A DNA stretch of 62,055 bases, counting the filler, from Candidatus Hydrogenedentota bacterium (GTDB lineage Bacteria > JBFMHD01), in the NCBI GenBank assembly GCA_040752395.1. It is 6 parts of 6 records of this genome, joined end to end, with 100 filler letters (N's around TTAATTAATTAA, not from the genome) between each part and the next. Parts side by side here need not be neighbours in the genome. Positions count along the whole stretch, not along the records: positions 1 to 7,944 come from JBFMHD010000125.1; positions 8,045 to 15,974 come from JBFMHD010000126.1; 4 more parts are not named here. One strand, given 5' to 3'. Made by a program: the position numbers and the translations under genes. Under the pieces are notes generated by a model. That model saw nothing but the letters and a program-made list of their open reading frames with translations. It did not search any database and had not been told where the DNA came from. Below, one piece after another: positions 1 to 10,278 of this stretch. Each line of letters opens with the position of its first letter. Position 1 is the first letter of the stretch.

Positions 1-224
1 GTTATTGCGTTTTTGCGCTCTACACAATATATGAAAAACTAAAGATGATATGAAAAGAGTCACAAGTCGCAAGTCGTGAGTCAAAACAGGACTCGAGACT
101 CAAGACTCAAGACTCAAGACTTTTCAGCAGGCTCCGGGCTTCGGGCTCCAGCCGGCTGTAGTCCGTAGCCTGGAGCCTGTAGCCCGAATTATTAGAGTGA
201 CAGCGTTTTTCAAAGGAGGTAACT
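1..224 (+). repeat. Mosaic intergenic cassette (modules A2-B-C-D-E) ending in the RBS of gltA
   Basis: GCGCTCTACAC, ATGAAAAACTAAAGATGATATG, GACTCAA heptamers, CAGCCGGCTG palindrome, then ATTAGAGTGACAGCGTTTTTCAAAGGAGG-taact-ATG; near-identical modules at 31.6-31.9k, 39.7-39.9k and 50.3-50.6k. Confidence 0.95.
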
Positions 225-1532
225 ATGTCAAACCTAAAAACAAAATTGGCACAAAAGATTGAACCTGTAAGTTCTGAGATGAAAAAACTCGTGAAAGAGC
301 ACGGAGATAAAGTCATCTCTGAAGTTACAGTCTCGCAACTCTACGGCGGTATGCGCGATATTAAATGTCTTATCTGTGAGACGTCGTTCCTTGACCCGAT
401 GGAAGGAATAAGATTTAGAGGTTATAATATACCTCAACTACGAGAAAAACTACCGAGAGCCAAGGACAGCGAAGAACCTCTACCTGAAGGTATTTTCTAT
501 CTTATGCTTACAGGCGAAATACCAACTGATGAAGAGGTTAAAGAAATTACTGAAGACTGGAGAGGGAGAAGTAAACTCCCTGATTATCTTATCAAAATAA
601 TCGATTCTTTGCCCGTTGATATGCACCCAATGACACAATTCTCACTTGCTATACTTGCTCTACAAAAAGATTCTATATTCGCAAAACGTTATTCCCAGGG
701 AATGAAAAAAACAGAATACTGGGACCCGATGTATGAAGATAGTATGAACCTTCTTGCTAAATTGCCAGGGATAGCAGCATATATATATAGAAGAAGTTAT
801 AAAAATAACAAACATATTCCTGCTGACCCGAAACTCGATTGGGCAGCTAACCTTGCTCATATGCTCGGCGTAGAAGATGACACTTTCAAGGAGTTGCTAA
901 GACTCTATCTTGTTCTTCATGCTGACCACGAGAGCGGTAATGTAAGCGCCCATACCACCCATCTTGTCGGTTCTGCTCTCTCTGATGCATATTATTCTCT
1001 ATCAGCTGGTTTAAATGGGCTTGCTGGCCCATTACACGGCCTTGCCAATCAAGAAGTATTAAGATGGATTATGGAGATGCAGAAATTACTTGGTGGTGGG
1101 GTCCCGGCTAAAGATAAACTTACGGAGTTTGTGTGGGATACGTTAAATAAAGGCCAGGTTGTTCCTGGCTACGGTCATGCTGTATTAAGATTTACTGACC
1201 CGCGATATACAGCTTTTCGTGAATTCGGGCTTAAACATACCCCAGATGATGAAATCTTTAAAATCGTTAGCCTTTTATACGAGGTTGTACCTGATGTACT
1301 TAAACAACAGGGTAAGGTAAAAGACCCATGGCCTAATGTTGATGCGCATTCTGGCTGTCTGTTATGGCACTACGGCATAAGAGAGTACGATTTTTATACT
1401 GTATTTTTCGGGATATCCCGTGCTCTCGGTGTACTTGCATGGCTAATCTGGAACAGAGCACTCGGTTCGCCGATTGAACGACCTAAATCACTGACAACAG
1501 CCCTTGTTAAATCTAAACTTGGCATTAGTTAA
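225..1532 (+). CDS. gltA: Citrate (Si)-synthase, eukaryote-like type
   Basis: HADHESGNVSAH, LAGPLHGLANQE, VPGYGHAVLR, WPNVDAHSG motifs. Confidence 0.95.
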   Translation: MSNLKTKLAQKIEPVSSEMKKLVKEHGDKVISEVTVSQLYGGMRDIKCLICETSFLDPMEGIRFRGYNIPQLREKLPRAKDSEEPLPEGIFYLMLTGEIPTDEEVKEITEDWRGRSKLPDYLIKIIDSLPVDMHPMTQFSLAILALQKDSIFAKRYSQGMKKTEYWDPMYEDSMNLLAKLPGIAAYIYRRSYKNNKHIPADPKLDWAANLAHMLGVEDDTFKELLRLYLVLHADHESGNVSAHTTHLVGSALSDAYYSLSAGLNGLAGPLHGLANQEVLRWIMEMQKLLGGGVPAKDKLTEFVWDTLNKGQVVPGYGHAVLRFTDPRYTAFREFGLKHTPDDEIFKIVSLLYEVVPDVLKQQGKVKDPWPNVDAHSGCLLWHYGIREYDFYTVFFGISRALGVLAWLIWNRALGSPIERPKSLTTALVKSKLGIS

Positions 1533-2296
1533 TGAACCAACATCAAGATAGACAGCTCGGGGATGAATGGGTTGATTGGGATGGTGAAATAAGTTCTGAA
1601 ATAATTGACAATCATTCATCCCCGTTGTTATTTTTAAGTTTATCTCTGGTTTGTTTCTTTATTTCTGTATTTTTAGTCTCATTTTTATACTACCTGATCT
1701 CACCCCGTCTCTCTTTGCTTGGACAAATATATCTTTCTTCTGGTAGATTTTTACTCTATCTTATCCTGTTTTTATTTGCTTTCTTTTATTTATTAATCCT
1801 GCTTAAGACAATAAAGAAAATTAAATTACCTGTATTAAATAAATTTGCAGATTTCTTTATTGGATTTTTTTCTCATTACTCACTAAAACTCGGGATACTC
1901 TTTGGAATTAGAAAAGATAAGATTCTTAACTCTTATATTATGTTTAATAATTCTCTTATTGAAAAATTGGATCTAAAAAATCTGACAAAAATTATGATTC
2001 TATTACCACGGTGTCTTTCAAAAAACATAATCGAGGAGATAAAAAAGAGCGCTTCAAAATTTAATTATCCGGTATTTATAGTTCCTGGTGGCGACCTTGC
2101 AAGAGCTAAAATAAAAGAATATAAACCCGATGCTATAATAGCTGTTGCGTGTGAACGTGATTTATATAGCGGCCTAAAAGATACGCCTTCTCATATCCCG
2201 GTATATGCTATACCTAATATCCGACCTGATGGCCCGTGTAAGAACACCTGCATAGATTATAATACATTTGATAAAGTATTGAAGTTATTCAGATAG
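1532..2296 (+). CDS. DUF116 family membrane protein
   Basis: N-terminal hydrophobic helices; LLPRCL, PGG, AVACERDL, GPCKNT motifs. Confidence 0.8.
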   Translation: MNQHQDRQLGDEWVDWDGEISSEIIDNHSSPLLFLSLSLVCFFISVFLVSFLYYLISPRLSLLGQIYLSSGRFLLYLILFLFAFFYLLILLKTIKKIKLPVLNKFADFFIGFFSHYSLKLGILFGIRKDKILNSYIMFNNSLIEKLDLKNLTKIMILLPRCLSKNIIEEIKKSASKFNYPVFIVPGGDLARAKIKEYKPDAIIAVACERDLYSGLKDTPSHIPVYAIPNIRPDGPCKNTCIDYNTFDKVLKLFR

Positions 2297-2545
2297 GTAT
2301 GTTTTTAAATACAAAAATTACAAATGTGGATAAAGTTTCGCTTGGTTTAAATGATTTTATTGTTTTTAACTTAATAAGACCTGATCTTGATACCTCATTG
2401 ATTATCTCCTCTTTAGTAAATGATACCTCGGCAAGTGAACTTTCTGGATGAGCATATTTATACCACACTCTCGTCTTTTGTAGTTATTAGTAATCTCAGT
2501 ATAAATAGTCTTAATCTCTCAATTGTTTTAATTATAAAACTTTTT

Positions 2546-2658
2546 ATCATAAATATACTATTGGGTCTTCAATCCCGGCGTTCTCAAAGCCTTTTATTCT
2601 TAATAAACACGAGTCGCATTTGCCACAAGCTTTATCGGTATTCTTATAGCATGACCAT
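2546..2658 (-). repeat. Displaced 113-bp copy of the queC 3' end (direct repeat of 3555-3667)
   Basis: 111/113 identical to 3555-3667, including the stop codon. Confidence 0.95.
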
Positions 2659-2810
2659 TGGCTACTTTTATGATATAATTACAATAAAAAGTCGAGGTTT
2701 AATAGAGCGCTACAGTAATCACATCGATAAAATAAAGAATAAAAATATTGCAAAGATATAAAAAATATTTATAATATTAAAAAGAATAAAATTTGGTAAT
2801 TTTAGTTATT

Positions 2811-3200
2811 ATGAGAGATAGTGAACAAGTTAAATACTGGCTCAGTTGTGCGGAACAGGATTTAGCTGTTGCAGAACATCTTTTTACCCATGGTTATTAT
2901 ATTTGGTCTCTTTTTATAGGACATCTTGTTATTGAAAAAATGTTAAAGGCATTTTATGTAAAAGATAATTTTAAAATTCCTCCTAAAATCCATAATTTAT
3001 TAATACTGGCAGAATCAACACGTATCAATTTAACTTCTGAACAAAAGAAACTTCTTTTTGAAATTAATGGTTTTAATATTGAAACACGATATCCAGAAGA
3101 AAAAATGACTTTTTATAAAATCTGCGATCAGAAGTTTGCCAATGAATATTTCACAAAAATAAAGGAGTTATATCTATGCCTGAAAGAACAGATGAAATAG
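2811..3200 (+). CDS. HEPN domain protein (putative toxin)
   Basis: W..A..DL..A, HLVIEKMLKA, HNL and RYP motifs; overlaps the downstream nucleotidyltransferase; ATG start chosen at 2811. Confidence 0.85.
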   Translation: MRDSEQVKYWLSCAEQDLAVAEHLFTHGYYIWSLFIGHLVIEKMLKAFYVKDNFKIPPKIHNLLILAESTRINLTSEQKKLLFEINGFNIETRYPEEKMTFYKICDQKFANEYFTKIKELYLCLKEQMK

Positions 3201-3493
3201 TTAATATCGTAAGACGCTATATAAATGAATTAGAAAAGAACAATATACATATCACTGATGCCGTTTTATTCGGTTCTTATACTAACGGCAATCCTCATCA
3301 ATACAGCGATATTGATATAGCACTAGTTTCGGAAAACTTTTGCGGTATAAGATTTCTGGATCGTAAAAATATCGCTGATATAACACTTATAATAGACCAC
3401 CGTATTTCTCCTTTGCCGTTTCGTCCAGAAGAATTTAACGATAATAGTTTGTTTGTTAAGGAAATTTTAACAACAGGCAAGCGGATTCTTTAA
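3176..3493 (+). CDS. Minimal nucleotidyltransferase (MNT, putative antitoxin)
   Basis: LFGSY...SDIDIALV motif, 105 aa. Confidence 0.88.
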   Translation: MPERTDEIVNIVRRYINELEKNNIHITDAVLFGSYTNGNPHQYSDIDIALVSENFCGIRFLDRKNIADITLIIDHRISPLPFRPEEFNDNSLFVKEILTTGKRIL

Positions 3494-3555
3494 AATTATA
3501 AACTATCGATGTAACTACTTTTAGGGAAACCAAAAAAGAGATGGTGTTATTTCAA

Positions 3556-4287
3556 TCATAAATATACTATCGGGTCTTTAATCCCGGCGTTCTCAAAGCC
3601 TTTTATTCTTAATAAACACGAGTCGCATTTGCCACAAGCTTTATCGGTATTCTTATAGCATGACCATGTTAAATGAAATGGTACCTTGAGTTCTACCCCT
3701 TTTAAAACTATCTCTTTTTTATTTAAAAAAATAATCGGTGTTTTTAGAGTGATTTTAGTCTCAGGTTTGGTCCCTGCATTAACTGCATCTTCCATCTTTT
3801 TTATAAATTCGGGTCGTGTATCAGGATAACCTGAACTGTCTTCATAAACAACACCTATATAAATAGAACCAGCGCCTAAAACCTCGGCCCAGCTCGTTGC
3901 TATTGAAATAAAATTACCATTTCTAAACGGCACATAAGTTAGAGGTACTACCATTCTATCCACTTCTGATCTATTAGACCATGTAAGTTTTTGACTTATC
4001 GGTATATCAATATTTCTGTCTATTAAAGCAGAACCACCTATCTTAACTAAATAATCAATATCTACAACTAATCGATTTTTTATATTATAGTAATCCGCTA
4101 TATCATTGAAGGCTTTCAATTCTCTTTCGGCGGTCCTGTGTCTGTATGTGATATGGATTAAATTTACTTTATTATTTTCATTTATAGCTATAGCAGTGGT
4201 AACAGAGGAATCCATACCGCCTGATAAAAGAACAACCGCTTCATTCATAAACCAGCCATCTTCTAATTCACTTCTTGTTACTGCCAT
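3556..4287 (-). CDS. queC: 7-cyano-7-deazaguanine synthase
   Basis: LSGGMDS, TYVPFRN, YPDTRP, TWSCY..CGKCDSC; start is 4287 (SD AGGGGTG) or 4248. Confidence 0.95.
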   Translation of the reverse strand: MAVTRSELEDGWFMNEAVVLLSGGMDSSVTTAIAINENNKVNLIHITYRHRTAERELKAFNDIADYYNIKNRLVVDIDYLVKIGGSALIDRNIDIPISQKLTWSNRSEVDRMVVPLTYVPFRNGNFISIATSWAEVLGAGSIYIGVVYEDSSGYPDTRPEFIKKMEDAVNAGTKPETKITLKTPIIFLNKKEIVLKGVELKVPFHLTWSCYKNTDKACGKCDSCLLRIKGFENAGIKDPIVYL

Positions 4288-4349
4288 CTTTATCACCCCT
4301 GTTTATTTTTCTTATAGTATAAAACTTCAACATTTACAAGAGATTTTTA

Positions 4350-4826
4350 TATTAGCACGTACTCCCTCAGTTTTCAGTGGAGCAGTATATATTGTTTATA
4401 TTATTCTTTCTATATTGTCAGGTTATGGTATAAAATATCTGTTAACTAAAACCAGTAAAAAAATTATTTTAACTCTTCTAATCTCATTAATTATTATACT
4501 TGAATATTTACCCGTACCTTTTGCTTTTATAAATTTAGAATATGATAAGTTTTATAAAAGAATATCAGAAGATAAAGAAGAATATGCGATATGCGAGGTT
4601 CCGATAACAGAATGGCCTGAACCTATCCAGTATTATCAAACAATTCATAAAAGCCCATACTTGCAGGATTAGAATCACTTATAAATAATAAGATAAAATA
4701 CATTATATATCATAAGAAATATTTTCAACTGCGAAGCGGGTCTTTAATCGAAAACCTGTTAGATAATACCCTCAAATTTAATAGTATCTATAAAAGCAAC
4801 GAGATGAAGGTCTATCAATTGTATTA
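4350..4826 (+). pseudogene. Fragment of a YfhO-like membrane glycosyltransferase, frameshifted near 4650
   Basis: Two TM segments, then EYLPVP..AICEVP..YQTIH; continues in another frame as KPILAG..IKYIIYHK..VYQLY*; no convincing start. Confidence 0.55.
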
Positions 4827-4830
4827 ATCT

Positions 4831-5469
4831 TTATTTCACATTAATTATTTTATGTAGCTGAATATTCAGATATATATCTTCTTTTGATTCAAGTATCCAG
4901 CAAGCGAGGTCAAAAGCTGAAAGGATATTATAAGCTGGTGAAAATGATATTTCTACTTTGTGAGCTAATTTATTTTTTCTGATAAAATTTATTGCAAACT
5001 CAAAATCGCTTCTGTTACTGATAACAAATTTTAACTGGTCTCTGAAATGAAGATATTTAAGGTTTTCTTTTAAAAACGATTTACCTTCACCGCTTCCCGG
5101 ACATTTCACATCAACAATCTTTATTACATTCTCCGGTAGTTTTTTTAAACTCAATGAACCATTTGTCTCAAGAAGCACAAAATAATTAAGGTTTAAGAGA
5201 TAATTTATTAATTTCAATGTTTCGGTCTGTAATAAAGGCTCTCCACCTGTTATAAGAACACGTTTAACTTTATACTCTTTTATTTCCTGGTAAATCTCCT
5301 CAAAACCAATTTTTCTTCCTTTTTCAAACCCCTGCGCATAAACGGTATCGCAATAAGAACATTTTAAATTACAGCCGGCAAGCCTTATAATAATAAATGG
5401 TAATCCCTGATAACTCGATTCGCCAAGTATAGAGTAAAATATTTCAGAGATGATTATTTGATTATTCAT
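4831..5469 (-). CDS. queE: 7-carboxy-7-deazaguanine synthase (radical SAM)
   Basis: EIFYSILGE, CNLKCSYCDT, TGGEP, ETNG, QLHK. Confidence 0.92.
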   Translation of the reverse strand: MNNQIIISEIFYSILGESSYQGLPFIIIRLAGCNLKCSYCDTVYAQGFEKGRKIGFEEIYQEIKEYKVKRVLITGGEPLLQTETLKLINYLLNLNYFVLLETNGSLSLKKLPENVIKIVDVKCPGSGEGKSFLKENLKYLHFRDQLKFVISNRSDFEFAINFIRKNKLAHKVEISFSPAYNILSAFDLACWILESKEDIYLNIQLHKIINVK

Positions 5470-5830
5470 AATAGATAGCTTCGCTATCTTCTGTCTCGTT
5501 TACAGAAACATAACAAAGTCTGATTTCTTTAGTTAACCCTTTTTTTATTCTATCAAAGATATATTTAGCTATATTTTCTGATGTTGTTTCGAGTGTATTA
5601 AATGGTTTTATTTCATTTAAGAGTTTATGGTCTATGTCTTTTAATATTCTATCAAGCCTGTTTCTTAATATTCTGAAATCAATTACCATGCCGTCATCAT
5701 TTAATCTCTTTTTTTCGCAACAGACCCGAACGACAAAATTATGTCCGTGCAATTTTTCACAGTTGCCTTTATATTTTTTTAAAAAATGAGCGGCTGAAAA
5801 ATTACGTTTTACCACAACTCTATATGACAT
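5462..5830 (-). CDS. queD: 6-carboxytetrahydropterin synthase
   Basis: FSAAH, CEKLHGHN, DH..LN, TSENIA; start at 5830 after SD AGGAG. Confidence 0.92.
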   Translation of the reverse strand: MSYRVVVKRNFSAAHFLKKYKGNCEKLHGHNFVVRVCCEKKRLNDDGMVIDFRILRNRLDRILKDIDHKLLNEIKPFNTLETTSENIAKYIFDRIKKGLTKEIRLCYVSVNETEDSEAIYYE

Positions 5831-5837
5831 ACTTAAC

Positions 5838-5905
5838 TCCTGTCTTCTGTCTCCTGTCTCCATTTGTGCCTTTGTACCTTTTCTTTCTGTCTTCTATCTT
5901 TCTAC
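5838..5905. repeat. Heptamer/octamer tandem array (TCCTGTC/TTCTGTC, TTGTGCCT)
   Basis: Same units recur near 17.85k, 24.26k and 30.07k. Confidence 0.7.
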
Positions 5906-5908
5906 GTA

Positions 5909-7813
5909 TCATCTCCTCTTTATCGTATCCACTATTTTTGTAATCTCCTCTTTAACTTTGTTTATAAAATTATCTAATTCTGTCCTTGTATTATATAAAT
6001 CTTTCTGGATATCCATCCTGCATAGAACATAGAACTTTATTTTTGGTTCGGTACCCGAGGGCCGTGCTATAACTTTTCCCCGTCTATTATCAAGCTCAAA
6101 AATTACAACGTCTGATTTTGGTAATATTTTACCATCTATATCAACGATTTCGTCTTTTAATAAATCAGCCACTTTTATTACTTTAATACCTGCAATATTC
6201 TCCAATGGTTTCTCACGTAACATTTTCATAAGACTATCCATTTTGTTTTTGCCTTCGATCCCCTCAAATTTATAATTTAATACGCCCTCTTCATAATACC
6301 CGAATTCCTCATAAAGCTCTTTCAGTCTATCTACAAGTGTTTTACCTTTGTTTTTCCAGTAAACAACTAGCTGGGCTATTATAGCAGAAGAGGTTATCGA
6401 ATCTTTATCCCGAATAAAAGTTCCCTGCGAATACCCATAACTCTCTTCTCCACCAAGAACATAATACTTCGAGTATCTCTGATACCACTTTCTTCTGATT
6501 TCTTCTCTTGTTTTTGCCCATTTTATAAAATTTTCTGGATTAATCTTTTCTTTGTTACCGCCATTCTTCATACCAAGAATTTCGTAATCGTTTATCTTTT
6601 CACCTATATACTTGAACCCGGTAAGTGTTTCAACAACTTTTACTCCATACTTAGAAGCTATATCTTTTACAAGGTCTGTTGTCACAATGGTTTTTATAAC
6701 GACATTCTCTCCCTCTAATTTACCAAGCTCTTTATAATGCATCAGAACATAATCGGTCATAAGAGAGAATGTTTTATTTCCGGTTAAAAGAACAATGTTA
6801 TTATCTTTATCTCTGCAAGCTATGCCCACTCTATCAGCATCCGGGTCTGTAGCTATCAACAGGTCAGCTTGATTTTTTTCCATATACTGTAACCCCATAT
6901 TTAAACCTTCTTTTTCCTCCGGGTTTGGACTTCTTGTTGTGGGGAACGAGCCATCAGGGATACTCTGCTCTTTAACAAGATATAACCTCTTCACGCCTAT
7001 CTTTTTTAATACCTCAGGTATAATTCTATATCCTGTACCGTGTAATGGCGTGTATACCACTTTTATTTTACTGATACCCGGTGAAGGTAGATAAGAAACA
7101 TAATCTAAGACCATATCAATAAAAGATTTATCTATCTTTCTGCCAAGCATTATTATCTTCTTTTTTTGTCTTGCTTTTTTAAAATCCGTTACAGAAATTT
7201 TATCAAGTTCAGTTATAGAATTTACCATTTCAATAATCTTTTTATCCCATGGTGGAACAACCTGAGAGCCTGTTTTATCTGAAACTTTGTAACCGTTATA
7301 TTGAGGTGGATTATGGCTCGCTGTAACAATAATACCAGCAGTAGCATTAAGGTATCTTACTGCAAACGAAAGCAAAGGAGTGGGTTTTATATCATCAAAA
7401 ATATAAGTTTTAATATTTTTAGCTGCGAGAACCATAGCAGCATTTTTAGTAAACTCTAAACTTTTATTTCGACAATCATAAGCTATAACAACACCCGGCT
7501 TTTTAACGCCACTTGATTTTATTAAAAATTCACAGAGACCGGCTGTAGCGCGCCTGACTGTATAAATATTCATTCTATTAGTTCCGGGTCCTATTATCCC
7601 ACGCAACCCACCGGTACCAAACTCCATAGCAGTATAAAAACTTTCTATAAGTGTTTTGTAATCTCTTTTTCTAATAAGATTTATTAATTCGTCTTTTACA
7701 GATTTATCATAATCCTTCTTGAGCCATTCGTTAATTTTAAGATAAATATCATTATTTATTAAATTCTTTATTTTTAGTTCTTCAAGAATAGTAAAGGTAT
7801 CTTCGTAAAACAT
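5909..7813 (-). CDS. Phosphoglucomutase/phosphomannomutase
   Basis: FGTGGLRG, TASHNP, DPDADR, GEESYG, RPSGTEPK; true start 7813, the upstream extension is repeat-derived. Confidence 0.93.
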   Translation of the reverse strand: MFYEDTFTILEELKIKNLINNDIYLKINEWLKKDYDKSVKDELINLIRKRDYKTLIESFYTAMEFGTGGLRGIIGPGTNRMNIYTVRRATAGLCEFLIKSSGVKKPGVVIAYDCRNKSLEFTKNAAMVLAAKNIKTYIFDDIKPTPLLSFAVRYLNATAGIIVTASHNPPQYNGYKVSDKTGSQVVPPWDKKIIEMVNSITELDKISVTDFKKARQKKKIIMLGRKIDKSFIDMVLDYVSYLPSPGISKIKVVYTPLHGTGYRIIPEVLKKIGVKRLYLVKEQSIPDGSFPTTRSPNPEEKEGLNMGLQYMEKNQADLLIATDPDADRVGIACRDKDNNIVLLTGNKTFSLMTDYVLMHYKELGKLEGENVVIKTIVTTDLVKDIASKYGVKVVETLTGFKYIGEKINDYEILGMKNGGNKEKINPENFIKWAKTREEIRRKWYQRYSKYYVLGGEESYGYSQGTFIRDKDSITSSAIIAQLVVYWKNKGKTLVDRLKELYEEFGYYEEGVLNYKFEGIEGKNKMDSLMKMLREKPLENIAGIKVIKVADLLKDEIVDIDGKILPKSDVVIFELDNRRGKVIARPSGTEPKIKFYVLCRMDIQKDLYNTRTELDNFINKVKEEITKIVDTIKRR

Positions 7814-7944
7814 AGAATCCTCCTCTGAAAAACATTGTAACTCTAATGATATCAAGTAGAAGCAAGAAGCAAGATAACGGAAGAAGTGAGAGGTATCAGG
7901 ACGGGCTACAGGCTACAGGCTACGGACTACAGCCGGCTGGAGCC
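7814..7944 (-). repeat. Mosaic cassette D-F-E providing the RBS of the phosphomannomutase
   Basis: Minus strand ..GTTACAATGTTTTTCAGAGGAGG-attct-ATG; the contig ends inside module D. Confidence 0.95.
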
Positions 7945-8044
7945 NNNNNNNNNNNNNNNNNNNNNNNNNNNNNNNNNNNNNNNNNNNNTTAATTAATTAA
8001 NNNNNNNNNNNNNNNNNNNNNNNNNNNNNNNNNNNNNNNNNNNN
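7945..8044. other. Artificial contig linker
   Basis: N44-TTAATTAATTAA-N44, stops in all six frames. Confidence 0.98.
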
Positions 8045-8600
8045 AAGAATTTTTATAAGTAATATTACCACAGAATCCAAGTACAAATCCGTTATCAATT
8101 ACTTTAAAAGCTAATTTTTTATCACCTGAGAAACAATGCCAGACCCCATAAAGTTTCGAACCATCAAAATATGATTTTAATATTTCATGCATTCTTTTAT
8201 CTGATTCTCTTGAATGAATTATAATTGGCAGCTCCAGGGATAGTGCCAACTCAATAAATTCTCTAAAAATATTTTCCTGTAGTTTTTTATTATCTACATT
8301 TCTGTAAAAATCAAGTCCGACTTCTCCGATAGCTTTTAATTTAGTGTTATTTTTTTCTTGCTGTATCATCAAAGTGACTTCCTCAGTAAAACTTTTGATA
8401 TTATTAGGATGAATACCCCAGGCAAAATATACAATTTCGAAAAGTTCTGCGATTTTTTTTACTTTAGACAGGGATTCGCGAGAATCAGAAGGGTTTAAAA
8501 TATATTTTACATCGTTCTCTTTTGCCCGCTTTATTACTTCTTCGATATTATTATCAAATCTTATATCATCAAGATGTGCATGTGAATCAACATAATTCAT
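8045..8600 (-). CDS. tatD: TatD family DNase (3' end cut by contig edge)
   Basis: DSHAHL, GIHP, IGEVGLD, IIHSR, HCFSG. Confidence 0.9.
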
Positions 8601-10141
8601 ATTTTAACTTTTTTAAAAAGTATAATACTTTCTTTGAGTTTTTTACCCTTTTTTAATTTACCAAACAAAAGATTGTCTTTCATAGATACGTCTTTAACCT
8701 TTTCTTCAGCTAAACAATCGAGCATCCTTTCAGCTGATTCTGGAATAAAAGGCTGTAGTAAAATAGCGAGTCTTCTTAAGGAATCAACGACTATATATAA
8801 AACAGTTTTCAAACGTTCAATAGCATCTTTCTTATAAAGGTTCCATGGTGCTTGATGGTCTATATATTGATTTAAAAGTTTTATACATTTCCAGATTTCT
8901 TCAAGCGCCTTATTAGTATAAAAATTCTTCATACTATTAAAAACTCTCTCATATAAAATATTCATCTCATCTATTACTATTTTATCATCATCAGTGTAAC
9001 TAAAATTGTCTGAAGGGATAACCCCTTCAAAATATTTATGAACCATACTAATAGACCTTGAGAAAAGGTTCCCAAGGTCATCTGCAAGATCAGAGTTTAA
9101 TCTATTAATAAGGTTTTCTTCTTTAAAATCAGCATCAAGCCCGAATCCCATCTCTCTTAAAAGAAAATATCTAAACGCATCTTTACTATATTTTTCACCC
9201 ATCTCAAGCGGTCTTACCACATTATCAAGGCTCTTGCTCATCTTCGATGTAGCCATCATCCAGTATCCATGAACGTTCAGTTTTTTGTATAAAGGCAGTC
9301 CTGCTGATTTCAACATAATGGGCCAGAACACAGCGTGCGGTTTTAAGATATCCTTTGCGATCAGATGTTCTGCATATCCCCAAAATTTTTTATAATTATC
9401 ACCAGCCGTGCCCAAACCGCTAATGTAATTTATCAAAGCATCAAACCAGACATAAGTGACATAATTTTTATCAAAAGGTAAAGTTATGCCCCAGTTAAGC
9501 CTGCTTTTGGGTCTGGAGATGCATAGATCACCAATAGGCTCTTTTAAGTATGCGAGTATCTCATTTTTATATCGTTCTGGTCTTATAAATTCAGGATTAT
9601 TATTTATATAATCAAGTAGCCAAGGTCTATATTTTTCCATCTTAAAAAAATAGTTTTCTTCTTTTATATATTCGAGTTTGGTCTTATGGTCAGGGCAAAA
9701 ACGCTCTTCGCTGATCATGACCCATTCTTTCTCAGTATAAAACCTTTCACACCCTGTACAATAATAACCCCCAAATTCACTGAAATATATGTCGTTGTTA
9801 TGATATACTCTTTTTAATATATCACAAACAACATTGCTATGATACTCATCTGTGGTACGTATAAAATTATCAAACGTTATCCCCATCTCAAGCCATGTCT
9901 CTTTGAAAATAGAAGCTATCCTGTCAACGTAATCTTTAGGATTAACATTCTCTTTTGCTGCTGTTCTTTGTATTTTATCGCCGTGTTCATCAGTACCTGT
10001 AAGAAAAAATACCTCGTAATCATTTAATCTATAAAATCTTGCGAGTGTATCAGCTAAGATTGTAGTGTAAGCATGACCGAGATGTGGTGTAGCGTTAACA
10101 TAATATATCGGGGTTGTAATATAAAATATCCTCTCAGACAT
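8597..10141 (-). CDS. metG: Methionine--tRNA ligase (short form)
   Basis: TTPIYYVN..HLGH, YVWFDAL, KMSKS. Confidence 0.96.
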   Translation of the reverse strand: MSERIFYITTPIYYVNATPHLGHAYTTILADTLARFYRLNDYEVFFLTGTDEHGDKIQRTAAKENVNPKDYVDRIASIFKETWLEMGITFDNFIRTTDEYHSNVVCDILKRVYHNNDIYFSEFGGYYCTGCERFYTEKEWVMISEERFCPDHKTKLEYIKEENYFFKMEKYRPWLLDYINNNPEFIRPERYKNEILAYLKEPIGDLCISRPKSRLNWGITLPFDKNYVTYVWFDALINYISGLGTAGDNYKKFWGYAEHLIAKDILKPHAVFWPIMLKSAGLPLYKKLNVHGYWMMATSKMSKSLDNVVRPLEMGEKYSKDAFRYFLLREMGFGLDADFKEENLINRLNSDLADDLGNLFSRSISMVHKYFEGVIPSDNFSYTDDDKIVIDEMNILYERVFNSMKNFYTNKALEEIWKCIKLLNQYIDHQAPWNLYKKDAIERLKTVLYIVVDSLRRLAILLQPFIPESAERMLDCLAEEKVKDVSMKDNLLFGKLKKGKKLKESIILFKKVKI

Positions 10142-10266
10142 ACTACTCCTCTGAAAAACGCTGTAACTCTAATAATATCAAGTAGAGGCAAGAAGCAAGA
10201 TAACGCAAGAACGCAATAACCCAATAACCCAATAGTGTAGAGCGCAAAAGCGCTCATGTTGATTCC
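10142..10266 (-). repeat. Mosaic cassette A1-octamers-F-E providing the RBS of metG
   Basis: ATGAGCGCTTTTGCGCTCTACAC..TTATTAGAGTTACAGCGTTTTTCAGAGGAG-tagt-ATG. Confidence 0.95.
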
Positions 10267-10278
10267 TATGAAAAAATA

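Noticed and set aside
2290-2480. Startless minus-strand frame (..VSFTKEEIINEVSRSGL..) resembling a methyltransferase C-terminus
   Set aside because: About 64 codons with no start or diagnostic motif, so it cannot be supported without a search.
2420-2761. 113-aa plus-strand ORF
   Set aside because: Largely the antisense reading of the duplicated queC end, with no SD or motif.
3556-5830. queCDE with the methyltransferase/R-M genes as a 7-deazaguanine DNA modification (dpd) system
   Set aside because: No dpdA/tgt-like gene is visible and the R-M pair is on a different contig. Ordinary queuosine biosynthesis explains these genes.
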